From Eledone cirrhosa (taxonomy: Eukaryota), in NCBI GenBank assembly GCA_964016885.1, contig OZ024756.1:38812001-38876000 (forward strand): 64,000 nt of DNA, in the 5' to 3' direction. The notes under the pieces are model-generated. The model searched no databases. It had not been told where the DNA came from and worked only from the letters and a program-made list of their open reading frames with translations. Every line of letters starts with the position of its first letter. The first letter of the stretch is position 1. The position numbers and the translations under genes are program-made. Shown here piece after piece: positions 1-13,223 of this stretch.

Positions 1-59
1 TTTATTCTCGTAAAGTGGTTTGTCAACCCCTTTAAGGGTATAAAATATGTCTTTCTTAG

Positions 60-195
60 GTCGTAGGGCCCTTAAAAACCTTGATGGTGTCGAAAGCGCA
101 TCGTCTCAATATACAGCTTGTCTTGGGCATTTTAAACCGTTGCGGGCCCATCCCTCTCCAGGTCGGAACACAGTCAGTTTTTCCTAGAGAGAGAA

Positions 196-196
<1 letters not shown>
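60..196. repeat. Unclassified dispersed repeat (other copies ~32050-32140 and ~47260-47390)
   Basis: Shared segments cttgggcattt...cc(a)tccctctccagg...cag(a)tttcttcc in three places; the copy here abuts (TA)n. Confidence 0.6.
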
Positions 197-277
<81 letters not shown>

Positions 278-279
<2 letters not shown>

Positions 280-473
280 CGAAGGAAATGTGGTAAGGAA
301 CCAGGTGGACCATAACGCACCAAAGTACTCAATACTTAGGGTAGTAGAGTGGGTAATAGGAACGAGTAGGACCCCGACGGCTGAGCTCAAGCCGTTTCGA
401 CGGCTAATTCTGTACTTAGAATTAGCCGTCGAAACGGCTTGAGCTCAGCCGTCGGGGTCCTACTCGTTCCTAT
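278..473 (-). mobile_element. PLE-like foldback element, family B copy 1 (3' half of a GUC hammerhead)
   Basis: Flanked by (TA)n. Perfect 56-bp inverted arms 356-411/418-473. The arm reads GAAA-CGGCT-tgagctc-AGCCG-TC-GGGGTC (HHR stem III plus GUC triplet). Homologues at 17912 and 23985. Confidence 0.75.
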
Positions 474-537
474 ATATATATATATATATATATTAAATTC
501 AAATATTAATAAAATAGATGTTCTTGTGATCAATTAA

Positions 538-603
538 ATTTTATTATACATATTTCAGAGGTACTTGAATCAAGTTCAATAGTACGTCCTCATCAGATAA
601 AAT
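538..603 (-). ncRNA. Type-I hammerhead ribozyme motif (mirror arm, family A)
   Basis: Reverse complement: ATTTTAT-CTGATGA-long stem II-GAAA-TATGTA-TA-ATAAAAT. Confidence 0.7.
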
Positions 604-694
604 AAAATGATACATGACATATCCTGACATGTTAAATGGTTAAGATTCAATCAAGGTAATCACTACCTTGATTGAATCTTAATTGTATCATTTT

Positions 695-760
695 ATTTTA
701 TCTGATGAGGATGTACTATTGAACTTGATTCAAGTACCTCTGAAATATGTATAATAAAAT
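695..760 (+). ncRNA. Type-I hammerhead ribozyme motif (family A)
   Basis: Stem I ATTTTAT(695-701)/ATAAAAT(754-760); CTGATGA 702-708; stem II GGA.GTAC..TTGAA/TTCAA.GTAC.TCT; GAAA 742-745; minimal near-palindromic stem III ATATGTAT; triplet AUA. Confidence 0.7.
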
Positions 761-896
761 TTAATTGACCACAAGAACATCTATTTTATTAATATTTGAA
801 TTTAATATTAATAACTCTGGAAAATATCTCACTGTAGAGTGCTTTCAATCTACTGTAAAACTCATTCTTGTTTAACTCTTGTTTAACTCTTTAAAA

Positions 897-968
<72 letters not shown>

Positions 969-975
969 TATATAA

Positions 976-1112
976 TAAGTTGATAGAACTAGCATGGGTA
1001 TCACTGCTAATGCCGGTCGCATCTCAGCGTACTCAATAGGTGATGCTAAATAAACTCCCAGAATATACACATAGTTATTCGCTTCAATACAACACACATA
1101 AGCGGGTACCTT
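976..1112 (-). mobile_element. Orphan PLE-like 3' tail between microsatellites
   Basis: Minus strand carries an ATTC-TGGG...CCTA-TT-GAGTAC bulged hairpin (1029-1064) ~50 nt from the (TA)n junction, as in the HHR-bearing families. Confidence 0.45.
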
Positions 1113-1201
<89 letters not shown>

Positions 1202-1427
1202 GCATTCCCGCTGATAATGACCAGTGACACTCGCTGCAACAGCAACCCCACCACGTGGAGCTTCTCCCTTAGGCGGGCTCCTGATGCCCCGATCTTTCGT
1301 GGCAGCTCGGCAGTAAGAGAGTCGGAGTACGCCCGAGATCTCGACAGACAGCGGGCCAGTGCGAAGAGGAAACGACCGGAGGGCAATCCCCGGTATATGT
1401 TTGTCTTCCTTGCTTATTTACCTTATT

Positions 1428-1600
1428 TGTGGATTGGCAGAATCGGTAGAGGGTCGGACGCCATGCTTTGCAGCATAGAGTTACCTTCCAGTTCAAATCT
1501 CGCCGAGGATTGCCTTTCATCCGTACGGGGTCGATAAAATAAAATACCAGTAATGTACTGGGTAATTGTTGGCCTTGTGTGCCAACAGTAGAAACAGTTA
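1428..1600 (+). mobile_element. tRNA-derived SINE (major family)
   Basis: A-box-like TGGCAGAATCGG, B-box GTTCAAATC, shared body gcctttcatcc..acggggtcgataaaataaa.taccagtaatg; more than 15 copies or fragments in the window. Confidence 0.85.
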
Positions 1601-1854
1601 TTTGGCAGTTAACTGCTAAAGGCAATATATTTTACAAGATGAAAATCTTCTGGGCGTGCTGAATAAATTATTTTTCTCTCTCCGTTTCTAACATTTGTTG
1701 AGAGAAACATGGCTACTCATGTGGTAAAAGATAACGAATATATTCAGTCACATTTCATGTATTTTGGTGGGCGTCTATCGTAAAATATCCACTTATTTTC
1801 ATCTTATTGGTCGTCTTTAGCAAGACTATAAAAATGCAATTTAAGACAATTAAG

Positions 1855-1924
<70 letters not shown>

Positions 1925-1927
<3 letters not shown>

Positions 1928-1997
1928 AACAGATTAAAGTTTAAGCAAAAAAATCGGTCCTTTCGCCCTTAACAGGATCTTCTAAAACTCATATTAC
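1925..1997 (-). mobile_element. PLE 3' fragment, family G (degenerate HHR)
   Basis: Homologous to 14539-14610; core altered. Confidence 0.65.
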
Positions 1998-2151
1998 TAC
2001 ACACACACACATACACACATACCAACGCACACACACACACACACACACATATATACATATGTATGTAAAAGGTAAACAGAAATAATAACACAATCAGTAC
2101 AGTATATGGATTGTATATATTAGGTTAACGCTTGTTAGAGCATGAAGAGGG

Positions 2152-2187
2152 TCTTAAAGTTTCGGACGCTAGTCCTTCATCAGAAGA
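2152..2187 (-). ncRNA. Minimal hammerhead motif (family I, element ~2060-2310; tail copy ~62838-62910)
   Basis: Reverse complement: TCTT-CTGATGA-A-GGAC-tagc-GTCC-GAAA-CT-TT-AAGA. Stem III is probably a decayed ACGT palindrome. Confidence 0.7.
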
Positions 2188-2307
2188 AATAATAAGAGAT
2201 AAGATAGATTGAGGGGACGGGCGGGTTGGAATTTGAAAAAAATGTCTTTATATAAAAATAACAGGTCCATTCATGTTGACATCTCTTGCAAAACTGTTGG
2301 TGCTGGC

Positions 2308-2376
<69 letters not shown>

Positions 2377-2455
2377 GATATATAACTCTACAAGGTTAAT
2401 TGTCTTTAATACAGTTTATTTCATATACGTATATATATACAGATTGTTCTACATA

Positions 2456-2505
<50 letters not shown>

Positions 2506-2689
2506 GAGACAAGATATATTTGTGATATTCATTCCTGCTCGCTGAGTCCATCTAATCTGGAGAGGGATGGTTTCTCCGCCAGGATTAAAATTTCCCCTAA
2601 AAAAACGCCGTATGCCCCTACGACCCCAAAGAAGTTACAAGACCACACTACTAGTGAGTTTAATGGGGTTAAATGGTTTAGATAGTAGC

Positions 2690-3001
2690 AATTGGATCAA
2701 CTGTTTTACATTTGATACCAGTGGCATCAACTGTTTTACATTTGATACCAGTGGGATAAACTGTTTTACATTTGATACCAGTGGCATCAACTGTTTTACA
2801 TTTGATACCAGTGGGATAAACTGTTTTACATTTGATACCAGTGGGATAAACTGTTTTACATTTGATACCAGTGGGATAAACTGTTTTACATTTGATACCA
2901 GTGGGATAAACTGTTTTACATTTGATACCAGTGGGATAAACTGTTTTACATTTAGCAGCAATGGAATCAACTGTTTTACATTTGACACCATTGGAATCAA
3001 A
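2690..3001. repeat. 30-bp minisatellite, ~10 copies
   Basis: Unit aactgttttacatttgataccagtgggata, with degenerate terminal copies. Confidence 0.95.
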
Positions 3002-3310
3002 CGTATTATACATGGCATCTCAGATCAAATACCAAATAACAGAAAAGGTAACACCATGAATAAATACCAGCGACATTAAATGTTGAATAATTCTTAAAAC
3101 AGCAAGTAATATAATAAACAATATTAAAGAGTCATTTTTATTTTCACTATTTAAAATACTGAGGCTTCCAAGGATTGAATCTTAAAAGAAAAACATACAT
3201 TCTTTGAAATCTTCAAAATTTCAAGAAAGCATAAATTTGAACGGAGCTGAAGGTGCGGTTTTGAGGAGGAGAAGAAAAAGAAGAATGGGTGATAGGGTGA
3301 AAGCAGAGCT

Positions 3311-3801
3311 ATATTATTTCTGGAAATAATATATAGCAAGTAATAGATCATTTCTGGGAATATATTATTTCTGGAAATAATATATAGCAAGTAATAGATC
3401 ATTTCTGGGAATATATTATTTCTGGAAATAATATATAGCAAGTAATAGATCATTTCTGGAAATAATATATAGTAAGGAGTAGATTATTTCTGGGAATATA
3501 TTATTTCTGGAAATAATATATAGCAGGGAATAGGTCATTTCTAGAAATAATATATAGCAGGGAATAGATCTTTTCTAGAAATAATATATAGCAGGTAATA
3601 GATCCTTTCTAGAAATAATATATTGCAAGGAATAGATCATTTTTAGAAATAATATATAGCAGGTAATAGATCCTTTCTAGAAATAATATATTGCAAGGAA
3701 TATATCATTTTTAGAAATAATATATAGCAGGTAATAGATCCTTTCTGGGAATAGATCATTTCTGGAAATAGAACATTTCTGGAAATAGAACATTTCTGGA
3801 A
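3311..3801. repeat. Degenerate minisatellite (atttctggaaataatatatagcaagtaatagatc variants)
   Basis: Recurrent tttct(g/a)gaaataatatatagc motif. Confidence 0.9.
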
Positions 3802-3968
3802 AACTACAGTCAAAGTGTTAAAACACAAAATGTCAGTTTTTGTTTTTGTTTTCATGTCACCGAACTTACACCGACCAAACTCTCTTTACATCTGCTGGCA
3901 ACTCTCAGTTTGATGTTGTTTAAGTATTTAAACTTATCAAAAATGATACATACATCCGTTTATACGTT

Positions 3969-4003
<35 letters not shown>

Positions 4004-4485
4004 GCCGACGATATATTTTGCTATATATCCCCCAAGTTGTATATCTTAGAGAGGAGATATTTCCTCAATTTGCCATTCTGTCAGTAGAATTGTTTACAAT
4101 ATCTATAGAGCTGGCATTCAGATTGACCCCTTTAAAGGGTCGGGAATCAGGGCAAGAATTAGACGAAGGCGAGTTGCTGTTTAGAGAACCGAATATAGCG
4201 CGTATCTGGGTATATAAGGGGTAAGGATGTATGTGTAACTGGATGTATTAAAATGTATGGGTATATATGGATGTGTGTCTGGGTATATATGGATGTGTAT
4301 CTGGGTATATAAGGTATAAGGATGTATGTGTATATATGGATGTATATATGGGTATATAAGGTATAAGGATGTATGTGTAACTGGGTATATTAAAATGTAT
4401 TAGTATATATGGATATGTATCTGGGTATATATATTGATGTGTATATACCCAGATGTATATACCTAGGTATATATGGATGTGTCTG

Positions 4486-4531
<46 letters not shown>

Positions 4532-4626
4532 TGTGCATCTGAGAATATATGATGTGTATCTGAGTATATAAGGATATGTATATAGGTATATATGGTCATA
4601 TATGTTTGTGTGTATGTGTGAGAGTG

Positions 4627-4674
<48 letters not shown>

Positions 4675-4675
<1 letters not shown>

Positions 4676-4703
4676 TAGACCACCCGTGACCCATTGGGTC
4701 ACG
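4675..4703 (-). mobile_element. Helitron-like 3' terminus
   Basis: Minus strand: perfect hairpin CGTGACCCA-a-TGGGTCACG, 6 nt, then CTAG followed by T of the (TA)n tract. Confidence 0.5.
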
Positions 4704-4805
4704 TTCACTTAGAATATTTTTAAAATCATGTTCACTTAAAAATAATTTTTAAATAATAAAAATATACACAGACATGTATATAATGTAAAATGAAACTGGA
4801 AGGCC

Positions 4806-5276
<471 letters not shown>

Positions 5277-5359
5277 GTGCGTGCATATATATATGTGGGT
5301 GTCTGTGACCTATATGCACTAGTCACAGACTCCCACACATATACACACACACATACGCG

Positions 5360-5423
<64 letters not shown>

Positions 5424-5869
5424 AACTTAGAAACCCTTTCTATTTAGCAGGAACTACTCACATCCTGTCCTAACACAAGTTATTCGATACATATGACTTA
5501 ATATTCAATCACCAAATTTTATTTAGATACAATAATGCTGCATTCGATTCTTTAAAGTCACCTGTTATAATTTTCATTCAACAACACCACCAGCTCTCTC
5601 TCTATCGTCCATTTTCCTTCTCAGTCTCTCTATGTCTCTCTTTCAATCTACTCTCTCACAACCACTATCTCTTTCTCTCTCTCTATTCATGGTACCCGGA
5701 AAAACCCCGTATCTCGGGAGCCCGTGCTCCAATTTAGGCGAAACTTGTTTTATTCCATTTGTATTCCCTTTTCAGGGTCAACTTTCTTTCAAACTATTTT
5801 CCCATTCTGCGTTGTTTTGGCTGCTTTAAATTACAGACAAGCACACAATCACAGAGTTTTAGTAGTGAA

Positions 5870-5933
5870 TAGATATGTATCTCTCTCTGTATGAATCTCT
5901 CACTCTCTCTCTCTGTATGAATCTCTGTCTCTC

Positions 5934-5973
<40 letters not shown>

Positions 5974-6682
5974 CATGAATCTCTCTCACTCTCTCTCTCT
6001 CCCTCTCTCTCTCACTCTCTCTCTCTCTCTGTGTGTGCATGAATCTCTCTATCTCTCTCCCCCTCTCTCTCTCTCTCTGTATGTATCTATATGTGTGTGT
6101 GTATGTGTGTGTGTGTGTATCTATGTGTGTCTGTGTGTGTGTGTATCTATCTATGTGTGTGATGTGTGTGTGTATGTGTGTGTGTGTATGTATGTATCTA
6201 TGTGTGTCTGTCTCTGTGTGGGTGTCTGTGTGTGTATGTGTATCTATGTGTGTCTGTGTGTGTGTGTATCTATCTATGTGTGTGATGTGTGTGTGTATGT
6301 GTGTGTGTGTATGTATGTATCTATGTGTGTCTGTCTCTGTGTGGGTGTCTGTGTGTGTATGTGTGTGTATGTGTGTGTGTGTATGCATGTATCTGTGTGT
6401 GTCTGTCTCTGTGTGGGTGTCTGTGTGTGTATGTGTGTGTATGTGTGTGTGTGTATGTATGTATCTATGTGTGTCTGTCTCTGTGTGGGTGTCTGTGTGT
6501 GTATCTGTGTGTGTGTATGTGTGTGTGTGTATGTATGTATCTATGTGTGTCTGTCTCTGTGTGGGTGTCTGTGTGTGTATCTGTGCGTGTGTATGTGTGT
6601 GTGTGTGTATGTATGTATCTATGTGTGTCTGTCTCTGTGTGGGTGTCTGTGTGGGTGTCTGTGTGTGTGTATGTGTGTGTAG
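5870..6682. repeat. Compound (CT)n/(GT)n microsatellite with higher-order duplication
   Basis: Direct inspection. Confidence 0.95.
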
Positions 6683-6952
6683 ATACAGCAACAGTAACTG
6701 GGGTAAATGTTACACCGCCGCCGTCGGAGGCTATCACCATTTTGACTTTCGGATCGTATTTGTTTACATATTGAATCCGTAAAACCATGTGTTTTCTTCT
6801 TCATGTGTTTAGGAGGGGGGGGGGGGGGGGGCGGACAGGGTGTATATATACAAACATACATAGATACATATATATACATATATGTATTTAGTGTATATAT
6901 ATATATATATAATATATATATATATATGTATATATATATGTATATGTATATA

Positions 6953-6992
<40 letters not shown>

Positions 6993-7118
6993 TCTTTTAC
7001 CCTTTTACTGGTTCCAGTCATCCGGCTGAGGCCATGTATATATAAATGTATATGCATGTATATATATATGTATGTATATATATATATGTATATGTATATA
7101 TATATATGTATAGATATG

Positions 7119-7195
<77 letters not shown>

Positions 7196-7248
7196 GTGTG
7201 TGTGTATATATATGTGTGTATGTATGTATGTATATATATATATATATA

Positions 7249-7450
<202 letters not shown>

Positions 7451-7592
7451 TAATGTTTTGTCCCTCGTCTCTTACTCCACTGGACAGCGTTTGACTTATG
7501 TCAGACGCTGTGACCCCTGGTGAACCAGCAATACCATTTGTAGGGGTCAAAACTGCCAAAGTCAACCTCTGCCTATATTTCTATCTATATAC

Positions 7593-7698
<106 letters not shown>

Positions 7699-7841
7699 CC
7701 CACACACACATATATATATATATATATATTCATACATATGTATAAATGTTTGTGTATGTATGCATATACATTGATCTATGTATATCATAAATATATATAT
7801 AGATATATGGATACATACACACACACATACACACACACACA

Positions 7842-7909
<68 letters not shown>

Positions 7910-8481
7910 TAGATAGATAGATAGATAGATATACAGTGATCTGAGTCTACAGTTTTTGACTATTTATATAAAAGGTCCTATGCCAACATTTACGGCTCTA
8001 AGTAGCAGAATATTGTAACCTAATTAATTACTCCAACAGTTAAGAAAATAAAACTTGAGTCGCCGTTTACGTTGATGTAATAAATTGAAAGAAAGTGGAT
8101 GAGAAAAAGATTGAGAAAAATACATGATAGGCTTAATTCAATCCAGGTAACTATAGCAACTGAAGTAACTCAAGCCTGCGTATCTTCTCTTCATTTAATT
8201 ACCAAGTTAAATACTGGGTGGCGCTCCTGTCTGAATCAGTGTACTCTGCTAGTCTCAGCAGGGCTTGTCGACTTAGTAACGAGATATGTTATATATTTAG
8301 AGCTGATAAACTTACTCCGATCAACCAATTACATGCAATATGGACAAAGAATATTTTCTTCATCCAGCATGTAAAATCAAACACGACTTTTTTTCCTCTT
8401 GATTTCTCTAAACCTCACTGTTGATCAGGTGTAAAATTCAGGTGTAGAGTCAGTTAAATCTCAAGAGTGTCTTTTATTTAA

Positions 8482-8927
8482 CCCTTTAGCATTTAAACCG
8501 GTCTTATCCGGCCAGATTTCCGGCCATATCCGGCTAGATGTCTCTCACCTCTTTCTGTTCAAACCAGTCGTAACTATAATATTTAATGTGATGCAATCAT
8601 AGTGTAGTTTTGTACTTTTCAAGAATGTCTTGCTAATGTGGTTTCATGAGCATTTAAACCGACCTTATCCGGCCAGATTTCTCTCATTTCTTTCAGTTCA
8701 AACCGGTCGTAACTGGTCGCTTATACCGACGTTAATGTATTGTTCTCAAAATAAATATCAAAATCTCGTAGATTCTATATTATGTGAGATAATTATGCAA
8801 GGTAAAGCCTTTTATGTGAAAATACAATAGTATATATAGAGTAATGTAAATATTATGTGAGGTAAAGACTTTACCGGGAAAATACAATAGTATATATAGA
8901 GTAATGTAAAAGCTAAATGCCAAAGGG
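8482..8927. mobile_element. piggyBac-like MITE
   Basis: TIRs CCCTTTAGCATTTA / TAAATGCCAAAGGG; TTAA on the left, TAA on the right. Confidence 0.7.
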
Positions 8928-9559
8928 TAACAAGTAACTTCGAACGAAATATTTTGCCTTCCTCGACTCTTCTTTCGTCTGACATTTTCTCAGTTCTGTG
9001 TTAGCTACAAACTGGAAATCCAGAATATTTTAATATCATTCATCTGGTTGTCTTATTTTATATATAAACATATGTATAGTTAATTAATTTATTAATTAAT
9101 CATATATTATCATTCAGTCATTTTGTTGCTGAGCCCGTAGCCTAAGATGTAATAGCATGTAGTTTAAATACGAAAGAGATGTAAAAGGCACGCTCCGATG
9201 CCAAGTTATTCGTCGGAATATTTATCTAATGTATCAAATTTAACCTCATAGTATAATGCTTTCAACCGTGATTTGCTTGGAGTCTATTGAGGTTTGGTTA
9301 CTTTTTGAAAAGATCATCATTTCTAAAGTGTTATGTGGCAGGGTGAGTCGTTCTCTAATCAGTAATTTCTCATATTTCAATGTCTTTATTAAAGTTTTGA
9401 AGGTAAAGAAGATAAAAAAAGGAATAGAGAGTCATTTATACATATAAATATACGTGTAATTACATACGTAATTCTATATATGTATATATAAAGCAAATTC
9501 AAAAACGAATTATATATATATATATATATATGTTTATATAAAACAAATTCAAAAACGAA

Positions 9560-9750
9560 TTGGATTCGCAGTCGTGAGGTTGTGAGTTCAATTCTCGGAC
9601 TGGGTGATACGTTGCCTTTGGGGGCAAGACACTTTATTCCACGTTGCTCCTTCTACATGGAGTTGCGACCGATAGATAGTATTAGCAATTGGAAAGACCA
9701 ATGGAAACATTGTTTCCTCGGTCCGATTTGGCGAAAAAGTCGATCGACTG
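9560..9750 (+). mobile_element. Second tRNA-derived SINE family (5'-truncated)
   Basis: B-box-like GAGTTCAATTC and gcaagacactttat core; homologous to 62380-62597(-). Confidence 0.75.
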
Positions 9751-10260
9751 TCGAATGTATCATTAGATATTTAATATACTCTTATATCATCTCTACGACC
9801 TCCTTAGGCCCCAGTGACCCCTAGACATTCTCAACGGCCCCCACGAGGCGTAAGCACCCACATTGAGAACCTCTCTTTTACGTTCTTCAGTCGACGCAAA
9901 AAAATATTAATTGAAGCCTTCTGTTGTTACACGTTTCTATATATATAATTACCACGACACTTCTTGATTTCTTCGGTGGGTATATAATGTATAATATAAT
10001 TACATTATCTGTTAATGCATTGTTTTTTCCTGTTTAGAATTGTTTTCTGCTGTGTTATGTGTGATATGTGTTGCTTTGGCTCCTTGTAGGTTCTTAGTAA
10101 GTTGGTTAGAATGTTAGAATCTGTGCTATTTTTATGTCCAATGAAACAGTTGTATTGACGTTTACAACCTACACTTTTTACATCTGAATGGGTACATTAC
10201 ATTGGTTAGTTAAAATTTATCCAGTGGCTTACAACTTTTATTCTCCTGTACGTATGTGTT

Positions 10261-10291
<31 letters not shown>

Positions 10292-10356
10292 TATAAGATT
10301 GTAATAATAATTACGAAGACTAAAATCCGAAGAGGGCTCGTCAAGGATTGTATATC

Positions 10357-10588
10357 GTTTTTACCATTTTTACCGATCATTTTTACCGATTAGTTTTACC
10401 GATTATTTTTACCATTTTTACCGATTATTTTTACCGATCATTTTTACCGATAATTTTTACCAATCATTTTTAACGATTATTTTAGAGATCATTCTTAACG
10501 ATTTTTTTTAACGATCATATTTACCGATCATTTTTACCGATTATTTTTACCGATAATTTTTAGCGATCATTTTTAGCGATCATTTTAA
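10357..10588. repeat. ~14-bp minisatellite (ttttaccgatcatt)
   Basis: Direct inspection; preceded by a family-G fragment (~10295-10356). Confidence 0.9.
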
Positions 10589-11312
10589 ACATTTTTCTCT
10601 AACTTGATTCAATATTTCATCTCCAACCCAACCATTTCTCTGTTGTTTGATATGTTTCCATATTATTATTTCAAAACAAAAAATATATCTCTGTATTTCA
10701 TTAGTTCGTTGTCTGACACCAAAGACTAAAAAAAATGACTGAGAAAGTCATCAAAGGAGTAAGAAAATATGATATATACTTATGTTGTTCTCTGACATAT
10801 TAGACGCTGTTTCTCTGGAGTGATTAAATAAAAACTGAAAAAAAAGTGTGTATCTGAGTGTTTGTGGGGTGTTGAGGTGGGGTGTAGGGGTGGTGGTGGT
10901 GGTAATATCGAGACTGTGAAATGTAAGGGATCTAAAGCAACGATTTAGAAAAAAAAATCCATGAATGAAATTCAAGAAAGAAAAAATCCGAAAGTATTAT
11001 TTACGGCGTGTATATCTTAACTACGATAGTTTAAGGAATTTTCATTTCCTGTTACACAGTTACACATATTACTTCAAAATCTAGTGGAATCTTAGCTCTT
11101 TTGCTACATATAGTTTACAATGCCAGTCTATCTGCCATAGAAGAAGGACGGAGTGGGGGAGAGGTGTAGCGTCAGTGGATGTGATTACATATACGACGAA
11201 AATAAAATTATATATTTAAAAGAGAGGTTAAAAGGTTCCTTAGGATATTTTGTTGAGTGAAATTACTTAAAAGCCGGCCAACATCTTGTTTGAAATTACT
11301 TAAAAGCCATGT

Positions 11313-11805
11313 TGCTCTCAACGAGGCCATAGAGTATGGCTTGGGTGCTGCAGGTTTTCCCTACCAGCTCGAGTCGGCGGAGCTAGACTGAGGGGACGGC
11401 AAAAGGCCAGACGGCCAAACGGCTTGACTATCTTCCCGTTCCGCGGTGGTAAAAACCTCATCAAGGATGCCACATGCAGTGACACCCTTCTCCAGCGGAA
11501 ACCTGGTGCAGTCTACGACTAACTTAGGCTCTGCTGCACTTCGGGCCGAGGAGGGTAAACTCTCCAAATATCGGTCGCTCTCCGACATGTTTGTGGTCGA
11601 GCCCGTAGCAATAGAGACGTCTGGTGTCCTTGGCCCTAGGGCTACCTTCCTACTCACCACCATCGGCACGCCGTAGCAGTGGAGATCTCTGATGTCCTTG
11701 GCCCTAGGACCACCTGTCTATTCACTACCATCGGCACCCCATAACAGTAGAAACTTCTGGTGTCCTTGGCCCAAGGGTCACCTCCCTAGTCGCCACCATC
11801 GGCAC
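11313..11805 (+). pseudogene. Decayed CRE-clade-like non-LTR retrotransposon, restriction-like endonuclease region
   Basis: Manual translation across a stop and frameshifts: ALNEAIEYGLGAAGFPYQLE..LD*GDGKRPDG/LTIFPFRGGKNLIKDATCSDT/..AALRAEEGKLSKY..EPVAIETSGVLGP. This matches the RPD..D..KxxKY REL motif. The last ~65 bp are tandemly re-copied. Confidence 0.85.
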
Positions 11806-12080
11806 AGAACTGTTCTATTTACTCACAGCTTACCTCTGAAACCAGATATTGTCCCAGAAGAAATTAACTTTCAGCCAGTTGCTATTAATGACGCATTTAA
11901 CACTAAATCAGTAAACTGTTTACAAGATTAAAATGCAATTTCACACATACAGACTCACACACACACACATACAGACACATACACTGACACTCCCTCACAC
12001 ACAAACGCACCCACACACACAGATACATACATACACACTTACGCATACAGACACATACACTAACACTCTCTCACACACAA

Positions 12081-12210
<130 letters not shown>

Positions 12211-12372
12211 GCATGCCATGCACACACATATATATATGTACGTATGTATGTATATATACATACTACTGTACGTCTGTATACATATATATAAGTATGTACG
12301 TATACATACTTATATTTAAGTAACAGCCGTACTAAGAGTGAGAAATGAAATTTCGTTTCATTTTTTTCCGTT

Positions 12373-12402
<30 letters not shown>

Positions 12403-12404
<2 letters not shown>

Positions 12405-12489
12405 CCCCAAAATGTATACACACTTTGATTACCTGTATACACAATATTTATTAGAATGCTGTTGAAGCGTGTATACATTTTTGGGGGGA

Positions 12490-12491
<2 letters not shown>
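12403..12491. mobile_element. Small Tc1/mariner-type MITE (also 19287-19370, 54269-54346)
   Basis: TIR ccccaaaatgtatacac / gtgtatacatttttgggg in TA context; three copies. Confidence 0.7.
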
Positions 12492-12548
<57 letters not shown>

Positions 12549-12612
12549 TATATATATATATATATATATATATGATATACATAGAAATAGATAGATAGAT
12601 AGATATACAGAC

Positions 12613-12649
<37 letters not shown>

Positions 12650-12948
12650 TCGGATGGGGATAGAAGGTAACACAAATTGAATGAAGAAAGAATACATCTT
12701 TTTTTTTTAGATGCAATCAATTTTTTTTCTTGGTTCTGATTCTAGAAAAACCCCATCTTTTAGGGTTTTGTAATTACAGTTATTTACGTTATCAGTGAGA
12801 AAAGTAGTCGGAAATGTTTTGCAAATGGCGGACTGTTCCTGTTGAGAAGATAAACAACAGGAACATAGGTTGCTTTTAAATTAGTACTTACTAACGTCTC
12901 ATTGCACTCATTACACACACCTACAATAAACTATGCTGTACTGTAGAA

Positions 12949-13172
12949 GGTGGTGGATTGGTAGTAATCGGTAGAGCGTTGGACGACATGCTTTGTGGCA
13001 TAGAGTTACGGCTCTTTACGTTCTGTGTTCAAATCCCGCCGAGGTTAGCTTTGCCTTTCATTCTTACGGGGTGGGGGGGGGGGTTTAATAAAATAAAGTA
13101 CCAGTAATGCACTGGGGTCGATTTAGTCGACTTTCCTCCTTCTTCCAAAAATTGCTGGCTTTGTGTCTAGAC
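12949..13172 (+). mobile_element. tRNA-derived SINE (major family), near full length
   Basis: A-box/B-box head plus family body. Confidence 0.85.
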
Positions 13173-13175
13173 GCC

Positions 13176-13223
<48 letters not shown>

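Larger units (their letters stand above)
490..890 (+). mobile_element. PLE-like foldback element, family A
   Basis: Near-perfect inverted arms ~490-614/684-807, inner inverted repeat 640-682, HHR in each arm, unique tail to ~890, (TA)n flanks. Confidence 0.75.

Noticed and set aside
356-473. Long hairpins as pre-miRNAs or intrinsic terminators
   Set aside because: Multi-copy, TA-flanked, asymmetric tails and ribozyme content point to retroelement foldbacks; small-RNA output is untested.
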